From a bacterium (lineage in GTDB: Bacteria; Acidobacteriota; Blastocatellia; HR10), in the NCBI GenBank assembly GCA_041640655.1, contig JBEPZV010000002.1:64001-128000 (forward strand): a stretch of 64,000 nucleotides of DNA, written 5' to 3'. A program made the position numbers and the translations under genes. Below are positions 21,214-31,493 of the stretch, in pieces (position 1 is the stretch's first letter; each line of letters opens with the position of its first letter). Under the pieces are notes generated by a model. That model was not told the origin of the DNA and did not search any database. It worked only from the letters and a program-made list of their open reading frames with translations.

Positions 21214-22380
21214 TCACTCGCCATACGCCTCCACGGCGGCGGAGACGCCGGATCCGCAGCGCATCCCCTCGCCACGCAACACGCTCTCCAGAGCGCTCAG
21301 GAAGAGCAGGACGTTGCCGCGCGTGCTGCCGGCTCCCATCAAGCCCACGCGCCAGATCTTCCCGCGCAACGGCCCCAAGCCCCCACCGATCTCGATGTTG
21401 AACTCCTCGAGCAGGCGCGCGCGCACGCGCCCATCCTCCACGCCCTCCGGGACGCGAATCGTCGTGAGCGTCCACAACCGATGCTCGCGCGGGACCAGCA
21501 GCTCCAGCCCCATCGCTTCGAGCCCCGCCCAGAGCGCTCGAGCATTCCGCTCATGCCGTCGCCACCGCGCCTCCAATCCCTCCTCCGCGACGATGCGCAG
21601 CGCTTCGCGCAAGGCATAATTCATATTGATGGGAGCCGTATGATGATAGCACCGCTCGCTCCCCCAGTAGCGCTCAATGAGCGAGACATCGAGATACCAG
21701 TTCGGCACCGAGGTCTTCCGCCGCCGCACTTTCTCCAGCGCCGATTCGGAGAACGTGATCGGAGCCAGCCCCGGAGGGCAACTGAGCGCCTTCTGCGATC
21801 CCGAGTAACAGACGCCGATACCATGCCGATCCACGCCCACCGGATGCCCGCCGAGGCTCGTCACGGCATCCACGATGAGAATCCCCTCCCGTTCGGCGAC
21901 CCATCGCGCGATGGGTTCGATCGGCTGCAGCACGCCCGTCGAAGTCTCCGCATGCACCACGCAAACAACGCGCGCGCGCGAGCGATCGAGCGCCGCCTTC
22001 ATCGCTCGCTCATCAAGCGGACGCCCCCACTCCCCCTCCACGCGGATCGGGCGCGCGCCCAAGCGCGTGGCCATCTCGTACATCCGCTCCCCGAAGAATC
22101 CATGAATGCCGATGATGACTTCCTCATCCGGTTCCAGGAGGTTCGCCAACGCGGCCTCCATCCCGGCGCTCCCCGTCCCGGAGACCGGAAACGTGACCCG
22201 ATTCTGCGTCTCGAAGACATAGCGCAGCAGATGTTGCACATCAGTCATGCATGCGAGGAAAATCGGATCCAGATGTCCGAGAGTCGGCGCCGCCAGGGCG
22301 CGCATGACGCGATCCTCGACAGGGCTCGGCCCCGGGCCGAGCAATAGGCGACGTGGCGGATGGAATTCGGCGATCTTCAT
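21214..22380 (-). CDS. Alanine-glyoxylate/serine-pyruvate aminotransferase (class V PLP)
   Basis: [29 protein letters not shown]. Confidence 0.92.
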   Translation of the reverse strand: MKIAEFHPPRRLLLGPGPSPVEDRVMRALAAPTLGHLDPIFLACMTDVQHLLRYVFETQNRVTFPVSGTGSAGMEAALANLLEPDEEVIIGIHGFFGERMYEMATRLGARPIRVEGEWGRPLDERAMKAALDRSRARVVCVVHAETSTGVLQPIEPIARWVAEREGILIVDAVTSLGGHPVGVDRHGIGVCYSGSQKALSCPPGLAPITFSESALEKVRRRKTSVPNWYLDVSLIERYWGSERCYHHTAPINMNYALREALRIVAEEGLEARWRRHERNARALWAGLEAMGLELLVPREHRLWTLTTIRVPEGVEDGRVRARLLEEFNIEIGGGLGPLRGKIWRVGLMGAGSTRGNVLLFLSALESVLRGEGMRCGSGVSAAVEAYGE

Positions 22381-23633
22381 GACCCCTCCTTGAGCAGGTG
22401 AATGAGAAACCGCACAGGCGTTCCGAGCCCGATGGCCCGAGCGCCCGGATCAATCGGCTCCCCGCGCTCGCCCAATCGGGCTGTCAGAATACCGACGACT
22501 TTCCCCTCACGGTTGAAGATGGGGCTGCCGCTATAGCCCGGCATGACCGGTGCATCCAATTGCAGGAGCGTCGGCCCCACTTTGCTGATCGTGCTTCGGG
22601 TGAGCGTCGTCGTCGCGCGCTCCTGACCGGTCGTCTGCAGAAGCGCCGAACCGAGCGGAAATCCAATGATCACCACCTCATCCCCTTGCCGAAGGCGCGC
22701 CGGATCGGGCTCAAAGCCCGCGACGACCGGAAGCGGAATCGGCGCCTCCACCTTCAAGAGCGCCAGGTCCATCTCTCGCGACCACCGCAGCAGGCGAGCC
22801 TCCAGGGCCTCCTCGGGCGCGCGATCGGCGAAGATCACGCGCAGCGATTCGGTGACGGGCTTCTCCACCCCCTCCGAGAAGCGCGCATCGAACTCCCACG
22901 GGCGCACCAGATGATAATTGGTAGCGATCAGCCCCCGTGGATCCACGGCGAAGCCCGATCCCTCGCTCACCGCCGTGCTGAGCTCGCGCCCTCGCGCGTC
23001 GAGAATCCGGAAGTGATGCTGAATCAGCACGACGGCCGCTTGATTTCGCTCGGCGATGTGCGCGAAGGGATTCGCGTCATCCCCACGGGGCGCACGCGCG
23101 TCCCGCAAGAGGAATCCGACGAGGATCCCGATGACGGCGATCGCGCCAATGGCGAGGCCGACCATCCACCGCCGCCACACCCGCGCAGAGCGACGCACGG
23201 CACGCTCGATCATCCTCTGCACGGTCGCATGGCCCACCCGCCACACCGACGCCGAAGTCTCAATGAGCGTCGGCTCGGTCCACGTCGCTGAGACCGCCGG
23301 ATGCGCCTCCGGCATCGGAGCGAGGATCTCGATCACCACGCGCGGCCCCCGGCGACCGAACTGCACAAGATCGCCGCTGTGAATCCGCGCCCGATGCACG
23401 CGCACATCGTTCACATACGTGCCGTTGGTGCTCCCCAAATCCTCGATCACAACTCCCTCATCCGTGAGCAGGAGCGCAGCATGATGTGCCGAGGCTCGCA
23501 CATCCTGCGGACTGAGGCGCACATCGTTATCGGCAGCGCGCCCGAAGGTGATGCGCGGCTTGGACACAACCTCCTGCCGCCCCGCGTACCCCCCACTCAC
23601 ATGCGTGACGCGAATCTCCATACATCTGCTCAC
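22377..23633 (-). CDS. FHA domain - TM - trypsin-like serine protease
   Basis: FHA motifs GR, Sxx[12 protein letters not shown] helix; TNYHLV, DLALL, PGYSGSP. Confidence 0.88.
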   Translation of the reverse strand: MSRCMEIRVTHVSGGYAGRQEVVSKPRITFGRAADNDVRLSPQDVRASAHHAALLLTDEGVVIEDLGSTNGTYVNDVRVHRARIHSGDLVQFGRRGPRVVIEILAPMPEAHPAVSATWTEPTLIETSASVWRVGHATVQRMIERAVRRSARVWRRWMVGLAIGAIAVIGILVGFLLRDARAPRGDDANPFAHIAERNQAAVVLIQHHFRILDARGRELSTAVSEGSGFAVDPRGLIATNYHLVRPWEFDARFSEGVEKPVTESLRVIFADRAPEEALEARLLRWSREMDLALLKVEAPIPLPVVAGFEPDPARLRQGDEVVIIGFPLGSALLQTTGQERATTTLTRSTISKVGPTLLQLDAPVMPGYSGSPIFNREGKVVGILTARLGERGEPIDPGARAIGLGTPVRFLIHLLKEGS

Positions 23634-24598
23634 TGTCTCGGACGGGCGTCGCCGCCCCTCGGCTCGGAGGGAGCGATCGCCGCCGCCCCCGGCTCGTCCT
23701 CGATCAATTGCACCTGGATCGTCCCGAATCCTCCACGAACACGCGCCAGCACCGGCACACGGCGCGCGTCCGCGCTCAACCAGATGAACATCTCGCCCTC
23801 TCGGCGGATCAATCGTCCCGGACCGAAGACGAGCGGCTCGATCTTCAGAGCGGAGATGCGACCGCGCGGCGTCTCCACCTCCTCGACCTCATGCACGTGA
23901 ACCTCCAGATCATAGGTCTCCCCCTCGTCGCTCACGGGGAACCGCAACACACTGCCCGGCACAAGCGGCTGCGTGCGCACGTAGTAGATCCCCGAGAGCA
24001 TATCCTGCACCCAGGGACGCGCGGTATTCTCCTTCACTCTCGGCGGATCGGTCGGCCTCGTGAGATCGCGCACGATGTACGTCACCGACGCGCTCGCCCG
24101 ATCGAAGAGGGCCAGATGAAAACTTCGCTTCGCCCCTTCGGCCAGGTGTTTTCGCGTCCGCAACACGCCGAAATCCTGTGGATCCACGAACGACTCGAAG
24201 ACATCTTCCACGCGAATGCCCAGCAGGGTCATCAGCGCTCCCTCCGAGACCACCTCCCCGCGAAGGTGATAGACGCCGATCAGCGGCCGCTCCGACGAGC
24301 GCCCGAAGGTGAACGTGAGACGCCCGACGACGGCCGAGAGGATGAGCTTCGAATAGCGCGCTTGATACACGAGCCGCTCCCCTTCGCTGAAGGGGAGGGG
24401 GGACGGCCCCGCGGAGACATCTTGCGCCGCGCGCGAGAGGAGACGACCGCCACGTCCTCCCGCGCCCGCAAGGATGAGAGCGGCGATGAGCCCCCCGATG
24501 GAAATCGCGCGCCCCAGGCGCCTCCCCTCGGCCTCCGAGCGCGCCCGAGGGTTCGAATCACCTCGCTTTGACCAGGAGAAGAACGAGGACAAGGACAT
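23630..24598 (-). CDS. DUF3108 family protein (start uncertain, possible frameshift near 24525)
   Basis: PFSEGERLVY, QDMLS.IYYVR, IWLSADARRVPV. Confidence 0.8.
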   Translation of the reverse strand: MSLSSFFSWSKRGDSNPRARSEAEGRRLGRAISIGGLIAALILAGAGGRGGRLLSRAAQDVSAGPSPLPFSEGERLVYQARYSKLILSAVVGRLTFTFGRSSERPLIGVYHLRGEVVSEGALMTLLGIRVEDVFESFVDPQDFGVLRTRKHLAEGAKRSFHLALFDRASASVTYIVRDLTRPTDPPRVKENTARPWVQDMLSGIYYVRTQPLVPGSVLRFPVSDEGETYDLEVHVHEVEEVETPRGRISALKIEPLVFGPGRLIRREGEMFIWLSADARRVPVLARVRGGFGTIQVQLIEDEPGAAAIAPSEPRGGDARPRQ

Positions 24599-25136
24599 AT
24601 CCGAACAGCACGCGATATTCCCGATTTCGCACGTACGCCGACCACTGCCCCGACACCCCCTTCGAAGAGACGAAACGCCGTCCCGGCCTGGGGAAGAAGA
24701 GCGGGACCTGCCGCTCATACGCCTCGAAGGCCGCGCCAAATAGCGCGCGCAGATGTTCCGCCTCCAAGATCATCGTCGGCACATACACGACTGCGAAAAA
24801 GACAAGGAAACATACCAAAAGCCACGGACTTCGACAAGCCAAAGCGAAGGCCACTCCCAGGAGAAACGAGCCCAAATAAAGGGGATTGCGCGTGTACGCA
24901 TACGGTCCGGTCGTCGTCAGGACGCGGTCCTTCCGCAGATGCCGAGACGCCCACGCTCGAAGGCCGAGTCCGGGAAGCGCCAGCACGGCTCCCCACAGGA
25001 CCGAAGCGATCGTCGGCTGCGCCTCCAGCAGAAAAACGAGGCCAAGCCCCAGGCTCACAGGGACACGCGCTCGACGCACCGCCCTGAGCCATGTCGGGCG
25101 CGCCCGAAGGGATCGCTCCCACGACGCCCACGACAC
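24558..25136 (-). CDS. Isoprenylcysteine carboxylmethyltransferase/PEMT-like membrane protein
   Basis: LTTTGPYAYTRNPLYLG, E..L...FG..F..Y...VP. Confidence 0.85.
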   Translation of the reverse strand: MSWASWERSLRARPTWLRAVRRARVPVSLGLGLVFLLEAQPTIASVLWGAVLALPGLGLRAWASRHLRKDRVLTTTGPYAYTRNPLYLGSFLLGVAFALACRSPWLLVCFLVFFAVVYVPTMILEAEHLRALFGAAFEAYERQVPLFFPRPGRRFVSSKGVSGQWSAYVRNREYRVLFGYVLVLVLLLVKAR

Positions 25137-25143
25137 GATGGGC

Positions 25144-26235
25144 TCACGGGTTTGACGATGGTTCGATGATCCCACAGGACTCCACGCGCGCGGCCTTCTC
25201 ACGCGCCCGCGCCAGTCGCCGCTCGATCGCTACGATGACGTCGCCGACGGGAATATCGAGGGTTCCGACGTCGCGCTCCCGTCGGCTGTAATAGCGATGA
25301 CCGGAAGCCGGCGTCCGCTCGACGACCTGATCATCAGGATGAAAGGGGCCATTGCGCCGCGCCGACGTCGGACCGTAGAGCGCGACGATCGGCGTGCCGC
25401 GCGCGGCGGCCAGATGCAGCGGTCCTGTATCCCCGCCGAGAAATAAACGCGCACGGTCAGCCAGCACCGCCAATTGCTTGAGCGTGCACGGAAACGGGAT
25501 GGCTTTCCCCCACCGCGCCGCGCGGGCGACCGCCTGCGCCAATGCCGCCTCACCTGGCCCGAAAGGCACCAGAGACACCCATCCGTAGCGCTCCCACAAG
25601 AAGTCCGCGATCGCCCCATACTTCTCCGGCGCCCACCGTTTGGCCGCCCATCCCCCTCCGGGATTGAGCAGAGCGAAATCTCCGACGTCCAAGGCCTCCA
25701 ACCGCTCTTCCACGACACGCCGATCGCATTCGGAGATCGCGAGGGGGAATTCGTACACCAGCGGGGGTCCGTCTTCCCCCACCACATGCCGCACGAGCGC
25801 GAGATTGCGCTCGATCACATGTCCCTCCGCAGGGACGGCGACCATTTCCGTCAGAAATATCCGACTCGCCCGCTCCTTGAGCGCCGCCGCCTCAAATCCG
25901 ATGCGCCGCTCAGCCCCGGAGAGCCACAGCACGATCCCCGACTTCATCAACCCTTGGAAATCGAAGCCGAGATCATAGCGACGCCGTCGCAGGCGCGCGA
26001 GCGCCGCTCGGATCTCCGTCCACGTCGCCGGATGGAGCCACTGCCGGCGCCACGTCCGCGTGTCCACCTCGAGGATTTCGTCCAACATCGGATTTTCGCG
26101 CAACAGATCGGCCATCGCGCGCTCGACGACCCAACCGATGTGCGCTTCGGGAAACGCCCGCCGAAGCTGCGCCAGCGCCGGGAGCGTGTGCACGATGTCT
26201 CCGAGAGAACTCAGCTTGACGATGAGGATATTCAT
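25144..26235 (-). CDS. waaC: LPS heptosyltransferase I (GT9)
   Basis: [33 protein letters not shown]. Confidence 0.88.
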   Translation of the reverse strand: MNILIVKLSSLGDIVHTLPALAQLRRAFPEAHIGWVVERAMADLLRENPMLDEILEVDTRTWRRQWLHPATWTEIRAALARLRRRRYDLGFDFQGLMKSGIVLWLSGAERRIGFEAAALKERASRIFLTEMVAVPAEGHVIERNLALVRHVVGEDGPPLVYEFPLAISECDRRVVEERLEALDVGDFALLNPGGGWAAKRWAPEKYGAIADFLWERYGWVSLVPFGPGEAALAQAVARAARWGKAIPFPCTLKQLAVLADRARLFLGGDTGPLHLAAARGTPIVALYGPTSARRNGPFHPDDQVVERTPASGHRYYSRRERDVGTLDIPVGDVIVAIERRLARAREKAARVESCGIIEPSSNP

Positions 26236-26717
26236 GGCGCGCTCACCCGGCGGATCCGCTCGATGATCTCGCGGCTCGAATGGCGCTTCTCGTCGCCGAC
26301 AATGGCCACCACGCCGCCATATCGCGCGACGATCTCCCGCTCCGGGACCGTCTCCGGCGTGTAATCGGTCCCCTTCGCATGCACGTCGGGACGCAACGCC
26401 TCCAGAAGCGGCGCCACCGTCAGCCCCTCGAAGATGACGACGTACTCCACACACGCCAAGGCGGCGATGATCTCCGCGCGCTCCTCGGCCGGCATGAGGG
26501 GACGTCCCACGCCCTTCAAGGCGCGAACCGACGCATCCGCATTCACGCCGACGATCAAGAGATCACCCAATTGCCGCGCAGCTTGCAGGTACCGGACGTG
26601 TCCGACATGAAGAGGATCGAAGCAACCGTTGGCAAGCACGATGCGCTGATGACGCGCTCGCGCCGCCTCGACCTCGCGCCGCAGGTCATCGAGAGATCGA
26701 ATCTTCGCCACGCTCAT
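26232..26717 (-). CDS. ADP-heptose synthase, adenylyltransferase (RfaE2/HldC)
   Basis: [17 protein letters not shown]. Confidence 0.9.
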   Translation of the reverse strand: MSVAKIRSLDDLRREVEAARARHQRIVLANGCFDPLHVGHVRYLQAARQLGDLLIVGVNADASVRALKGVGRPLMPAEERAEIIAALACVEYVVIFEGLTVAPLLEALRPDVHAKGTDYTPETVPEREIVARYGGVVAIVGDEKRHSSREIIERIRRVSAP

Positions 26718-27729
26718 CGTGAGCGTCCCAGGAGAGGATCGAAGCGCGCAACTCCTCCGGACCGACCGTCGCCGTCCCGCGCTTCATGACGACGAGGCCT
26801 CCGGCGTGATTGGCCAGATGAGCGGCTTCCAGGAAGCTCGCCCCGGAAGCCAGAGCGAGCGTGTAGGTCGCGATCACGGTATCCCCGGCTCCGGTCACAT
26901 CCACGGGCTCTCGACTGCCCACGATCGGCAGGTGCACAACCGGATGTCCATCTTGGAAGAGCGACATGCCCTCCTTCCCACGCGTGATCAGCAGAGCCGA
27001 GAGCTTCAATCGGCGGCGCAACGCGCGCCCGACGCGCTCCAACGTCGGGAGATCGTCCAAATGCCGCCCGCACACTTCCTCGACCTCCGATTGATTCGGC
27101 GTGGCCGACGTGAATCCCTCAAATTCCAACAACCGATGTCGGGAATCCACAGTGACCAGCACGCCGCGCCGCGCCAAGGACCGAACGGTGTTCATCATGA
27201 GCGGATGCACGAGCCCATAGTGATAGTCGGAGAGGATCACCCCATCGGCCGCAGCCGCCAATGCCCGCACCCGCTCGGCGAGCGCGCGCACGACCGATTC
27301 CGAGGGAGGGGCTTCGGGCTCCCGGTCAATGCGAATCACTTGCTGACGCGTCGAATGGACCGAGCCCGCGAGGATGCGCGTCTTCGTGGGCGTGGAATAG
27401 CCAGGCACAACGAACACGGCCGAGACATCCACACCCTTCTTCCGAAGGGCTCGGAGCACAGCGCGCCCCTCGGCATCGCGTCCGACGACGCCGACGACGG
27501 CCACCCGGGCGCCCAGCGCGGCCAGATTCGCCGCCGCATTGCCACATCCTCCGGGCTGCGTCTCCTTCCGCTCGAATCGCAGGATCATCACCGGCGCCTC
27601 GCGAGAGATGCGCGCGATCTCCCCGTAGACGAACTCATCGGCGATGAGATCGCCCACGACGACGATCCGACGCCCGCGAAACCGGGCGATTACCTCAAGG
27701 AGTCGCGCCGCGCTCGGCCTCGCTCCCAT
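26686..27729 (-). CDS. Heptose-7-phosphate kinase (RfaE1/HldA, PfkB family)
   Basis: [23 protein letters not shown]. Confidence 0.9.
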   Translation of the reverse strand: MGARPSAARLLEVIARFRGRRIVVVGDLIADEFVYGEIARISREAPVMILRFERKETQPGGCGNAAANLAALGARVAVVGVVGRDAEGRAVLRALRKKGVDVSAVFVVPGYSTPTKTRILAGSVHSTRQQVIRIDREPEAPPSESVVRALAERVRALAAAADGVILSDYHYGLVHPLMMNTVRSLARRGVLVTVDSRHRLLEFEGFTSATPNQSEVEEVCGRHLDDLPTLERVGRALRRRLKLSALLITRGKEGMSLFQDGHPVVHLPIVGSREPVDVTGAGDTVIATYTLALASGASFLEAAHLANHAGGLVVMKRGTATVGPEELRASILSWDAHDERGEDSISR

Positions 27730-28369
27730 GGCGCAAAATCCACCGAACGGCCTCCCAGAGATTCCCGGCGACGTGATCGGGCGGAAGCCGCCCCTCCCGT
27801 TGGGAACGCGCCCATTCCTCCCGCCCATGCCCGGTCAGGACCAAAACCCCCCGCGCGCCCACGCGATGGGCCAGTTGGATGTCGCTGTATTTATCACCCA
27901 CGAAGACGCATCGCCGAAGGTCGAGCGCGAACTCCCGCTGCGCGCGTTCCACCAGTCCGGTCGCCGGCTTCCGACACGAACACACCTGCCGATAGGCCAT
28001 GATCACCCCTTCGGGATGATGCGGACAATAGTAGATGGCGTCCCACTGAGCGCCATATCGGCGCAACTCGCTCTCGAACCGATGATGCACCTGGCGCACC
28101 AGCTCTTCAGTGAAATACCCCCGCGCCACACCTGATTGATTCGTGATGACGATCACGCGGTATCCGGCGTGCCGGAGCGCGCGAAGCGCCGGAATCGTCC
28201 AGGGGAACAGCCGGTACGCGGCGACGTCGCGCGCATAGCCGACGTCCTCGCTGAGCGTGCCATCTCGATCGAGGAAGACCGCGCGCGCCGATTCCGAACG
28301 CCCCGCGTCGTCCCCGCGAAGTGGGGCATGCTCGGTCCCCCGCTCCCCTTCCTCCACAAGCGCATTCAT
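27695..28369 (-). CDS. gmhB: D-glycero-D-manno-heptose 1,7-bisphosphate phosphatase
   Basis: FLDRDGTL, TNQSGV, CPHHP..CSCRKP, GDK. Confidence 0.92.
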   Translation of the reverse strand: MNALVEEGERGTEHAPLRGDDAGRSESARAVFLDRDGTLSEDVGYARDVAAYRLFPWTIPALRALRHAGYRVIVITNQSGVARGYFTEELVRQVHHRFESELRRYGAQWDAIYYCPHHPEGVIMAYRQVCSCRKPATGLVERAQREFALDLRRCVFVGDKYSDIQLAHRVGARGVLVLTGHGREEWARSQREGRLPPDHVAGNLWEAVRWILRHGSEAERGATP

Positions 28370-29463
28370 CCCACCTGCTCCGTGCCGGAGGATACGGATC
28401 GAATCGAGGCCACTCCCTGCTCCAGAAGCTGCGAGGCCGGGCGCAAGACGTCCTCCACCTGGATGGCCGTCATGCACCGATGATCAATCGGACACTCGCG
28501 TCGCATGCAGGGGGCGCACGCCACAGGCTTCTTGATCACAACGGCACGCTCCGAGAAGGGACGTGTGGCGAAATCCTCCGTGGGGCCGAAGAGCACGATC
28601 ACCGGCGTGCCGACAGCCGGCGCCACATGCGCAGCCCCGGTGTCGTTGGAGATGACCAGATGCGCGCAACTGAGGATCGCGACCATCAGGTCCACGCTCG
28701 TCTCCCCGGTCACCACTACGGGCGTTCGACGCATGTGCCGCCGCACCACCTCCGAGACCGGGCGCTCCGCGGGCGTGCCGATGAGGACGACCGAGACATC
28801 GCCCCGCTCCAGCAACGCATCGCCGACGGCCGCAAATCGCTCGGGCAACCACTGCTTCGCCCGACTGTTCACCGCTCCAGGATTCAAGACGACGATCTTC
28901 CGGCTCACCTCCACGCCGCGCGCGGCCAGGAAGGCCAGCGCTTCTCGCCGCCGCCCTTCGGAGACCGTCAATCGCGGAACCGGATCGGCGAAGGAGACGC
29001 GCTCGGTCCCGAGCACTTGCCGCTCCAGCTCGGCGACAAGATGGAGATAGTCGTACACCTGATGCTGGCGCCTCCACCTTGGAGGGAACGGGATGCGATG
29101 CGTCAGCAACCATGCGCGTCCATCGGTCGGATAGCCGGCCCGGATCGGAATCCTCGCCGCGAAGGCCAAAAGCGCTGCTCCGAAGGCGTTCGGCAAAAGC
29201 AACGCCAGATCGTACCGACGCGAGCGCAGCGCGAACACCGCCTCCCAGTATCCTCGCGCCGAGCGAAGGTCGAGCGGCAGAATCTCATCCGCGACATCCG
29301 CCTCGCGGAAGAGCCCGGCGAGCGCCGGCCGCACCAGCATCGTCACGTGCGCGCTTGGGAAGACACGCCGCAGCTCACGCAATGCGGGGATCGCCATGAT
29401 CGCGTCGCCGACCCAATTCGTCCCCCGAATCAGAATGCGCTCGATCGAATCCGTTCGCCCCAT
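28366..29463 (-). CDS. waaF: LPS heptosyltransferase II (GT9)
   Basis: NWVGDAIM, LNPGA, SNDTGAAH. Confidence 0.9.
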   Translation of the reverse strand: MGRTDSIERILIRGTNWVGDAIMAIPALRELRRVFPSAHVTMLVRPALAGLFREADVADEILPLDLRSARGYWEAVFALRSRRYDLALLLPNAFGAALLAFAARIPIRAGYPTDGRAWLLTHRIPFPPRWRRQHQVYDYLHLVAELERQVLGTERVSFADPVPRLTVSEGRRREALAFLAARGVEVSRKIVVLNPGAVNSRAKQWLPERFAAVGDALLERGDVSVVLIGTPAERPVSEVVRRHMRRTPVVVTGETSVDLMVAILSCAHLVISNDTGAAHVAPAVGTPVIVLFGPTEDFATRPFSERAVVIKKPVACAPCMRRECPIDHRCMTAIQVEDVLRPASQLLEQGVASIRSVSSGTEQVG

Positions 29464-29510
29464 GATGGCTCATCCGACGGTATCGCGCTACCTGCGGCGA
29501 CCCGCGCGCC

Positions 29511-30143
29511 TCATCCCGGCACGACGATGAGGCGCGATTGCGGCTCGGGATAGGGGTGAAAGAGCGCGGCCACGCGAAGATACGCCTGAGCCTCGCGCTC
29601 ATCCCTCATCACCTGCACGGATTCGGCCAGCAGCCGCAAACAGGCCAAGGCATCGCTCCGGCGAATGCGCGTCCCCCGCTTGGCCAGATCCTCCTCCACC
29701 TGCGCCAAGGCCTTCAACAGCGCCTCCGTCACCGCTTGAACGCGCGGCGATTCCGAACGGTGCTCGTAGATGATGCCCCGCTCCAGCGTCTCATACGTTC
29801 GGATGGCGTTCTCAAGCCCCGCGAGGACTTCCTCATCGGTCAAATCGCGAAAGCGCTGGCGCTGCACATCCACAACGGCTCCCTCCAGGAAGGCCAAAAG
29901 CCCGCTCATCTGAGCCAACATCTCCACCCACGACTCCTTCCCCTGCGCGGACAGATGCCCGAGCAACTGCTCCATGCGCCGTTCCCCCGTCGTGCGTCGC
30001 GCATCCTGCAGGTAGGGACAGGGCTCCGGACACGCGAGAACCAACATCCGCAACTGCGCGCAACAGCGCGAACAGATGCGCTCAAGAAGCGCCGCGCACT
30101 CGCGCCGCGCGGCTTGCTTCGAGCACTTCGCACACTTCGCCAT
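29511..30143 (-). CDS. Hypothetical protein with Cys-rich (zinc-binding-like) N-terminus
   Basis: CxxC...C...CxxCC...CxxxC pattern; GAAGGGGGGAGAGG RBS. Confidence 0.75.
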   Translation of the reverse strand: MAKCAKCSKQAARRECAALLERICSRCCAQLRMLVLACPEPCPYLQDARRTTGERRMEQLLGHLSAQGKESWVEMLAQMSGLLAFLEGAVVDVQRQRFRDLTDEEVLAGLENAIRTYETLERGIIYEHRSESPRVQAVTEALLKALAQVEEDLAKRGTRIRRSDALACLRLLAESVQVMRDEREAQAYLRVAALFHPYPEPQSRLIVVPG

Positions 30144-30194
30144 CCTCTCCCCCCTTCTGAGAACGCGAGGAGCAATCGTCTCCCGCCCCGAGCT

Positions 30195-31343
30195 TCACGA
30201 GTGAGCGCGGCCCTCTCGCCCGCCGAGCCACTCCTTGAAGCGCTCCAGGAGGCTCTTCTCCCCGACCTCCTTCGCCTCCAATCGCGCCAGCTCTTCAAAG
30301 AGGCGCCGCATCTCGCGGCTCAACCGCGTCGGCGTGACGACGCGAACTTCCACAATGAGATCCCCTCGACCGGGCCGATCCAGGTGCGGCATCCCGCGCC
30401 CGCGCAATCGGAAGACATCTCCCGATTGCGTCCCCGGTGGGATCTGCACCGACTCCTCTCCGTCCAAGAGCGTGGGGATCTTCAGCTCCGCACCGAGCGC
30501 CGCTTGAGCGAACGTGACCGGGACCGTGCAGTAGAGATCATCCCCCTGACGCGCGAAGAACTCGTGTGGACGCACGTGGATGATGACGTAGAGATCTCCG
30601 GGAGCCCCTCCGGCGATTCCCGCCTCTCCCTCTCCGTCTAGGCGCAACCGCGTCCCTTCATCCACACCCGGAGGAATCCGCACGTCCAGCACGCGTTCGC
30701 GCCGGACGCGCCCACGCCCGCGACACTCCTGACACGGGTTTCGAATGATCGTCCCCGCTCCCTGACAATGCGCGCACGTGCGCGAGATGGTGAAGATGCC
30801 TTGCTGGTACCGTACCTGCCCACTGCCGCCACAGGTCGGGCACCGCGAGGGCGATGTGCCCGGAGCCGTTCCGGCTCCCCCACACAATGCACACACTTCA
30901 GTCCGGGGAACGCGAATCTGCTTCTCGACCCCGCGCGCCGCTTCCTCCAGCGTGATCTCCAGATCATAACGGAGATCCGCACCGCGCCGCGCCCGCGACC
31001 GTCGCCGCGTCGTCGTCCCGAACAGGTCGCTGAATCCAAAGAACTCGTCCAGCAGATCCTCGAACGTGGCGAATGGGTCGAATCCAGCGCCATAGCCGGC
31101 TGCCGCCGCCGAGGAGCTGACCCCCGCATGTCCGTACCGATCATAGAGGGCGCGCTTCTCCGGATCGGAGAGGACGCTATACGCCTCGACGATCTCCTTG
31201 AACTTCTCCTCAGCCTCCTTGTCGCCCGGATTGCGATCGGGGTGGTACTTCAAGGCGAGCTTGCGATACGCGGACTTGATCTCCTGCTCGCTCGCCGTGC
31301 GGCTGACGCCCAGGACCTCGTAATAATCCCGCTTATTCTCCAA
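30195..31343 (-). CDS. dnaJ: Chaperone DnaJ
   Basis: HPD J-domain, G/F region, four CxxCxGxG repeats. Confidence 0.97.
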   Translation of the reverse strand: MENKRDYYEVLGVSRTASEQEIKSAYRKLALKYHPDRNPGDKEAEEKFKEIVEAYSVLSDPEKRALYDRYGHAGVSSSAAAAGYGAGFDPFATFEDLLDEFFGFSDLFGTTTRRRSRARRGADLRYDLEITLEEAARGVEKQIRVPRTEVCALCGGAGTAPGTSPSRCPTCGGSGQVRYQQGIFTISRTCAHCQGAGTIIRNPCQECRGRGRVRRERVLDVRIPPGVDEGTRLRLDGEGEAGIAGGAPGDLYVIIHVRPHEFFARQGDDLYCTVPVTFAQAALGAELKIPTLLDGEESVQIPPGTQSGDVFRLRGRGMPHLDRPGRGDLIVEVRVVTPTRLSREMRRLFEELARLEAKEVGEKSLLERFKEWLGGREGRAHS

Positions 31344-31415
31344 GGTCGCGCGCTCCCCGTGTGAGAACTCACCGAGGCGCTCAACGCCTCATCTTCGCGC
31401 TCGACGGAAAACTTA

Positions 31416-31444
31416 ATTTTGTCCCGACCCCGGAGAATTTGCAA
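31416..31444 (-). promoter_or_regulatory. Putative dnaJ promoter
   Basis: TTGCAA-17 nt-CAAAAT. Confidence 0.4.
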
Positions 31445-31493
31445 CCGTTCGCTCAGGGGGGAATCCTCTCAGCGAAGATCGCGAACGCCAGAT

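Noticed and set aside
24546..24574. tRNA-like fragment GAGGGTTCGAATCACCTC...ACCA
   Set aside because: Bulged T-stem, no cloverleaf upstream, lies inside overlapping CDSs, no integrase nearby
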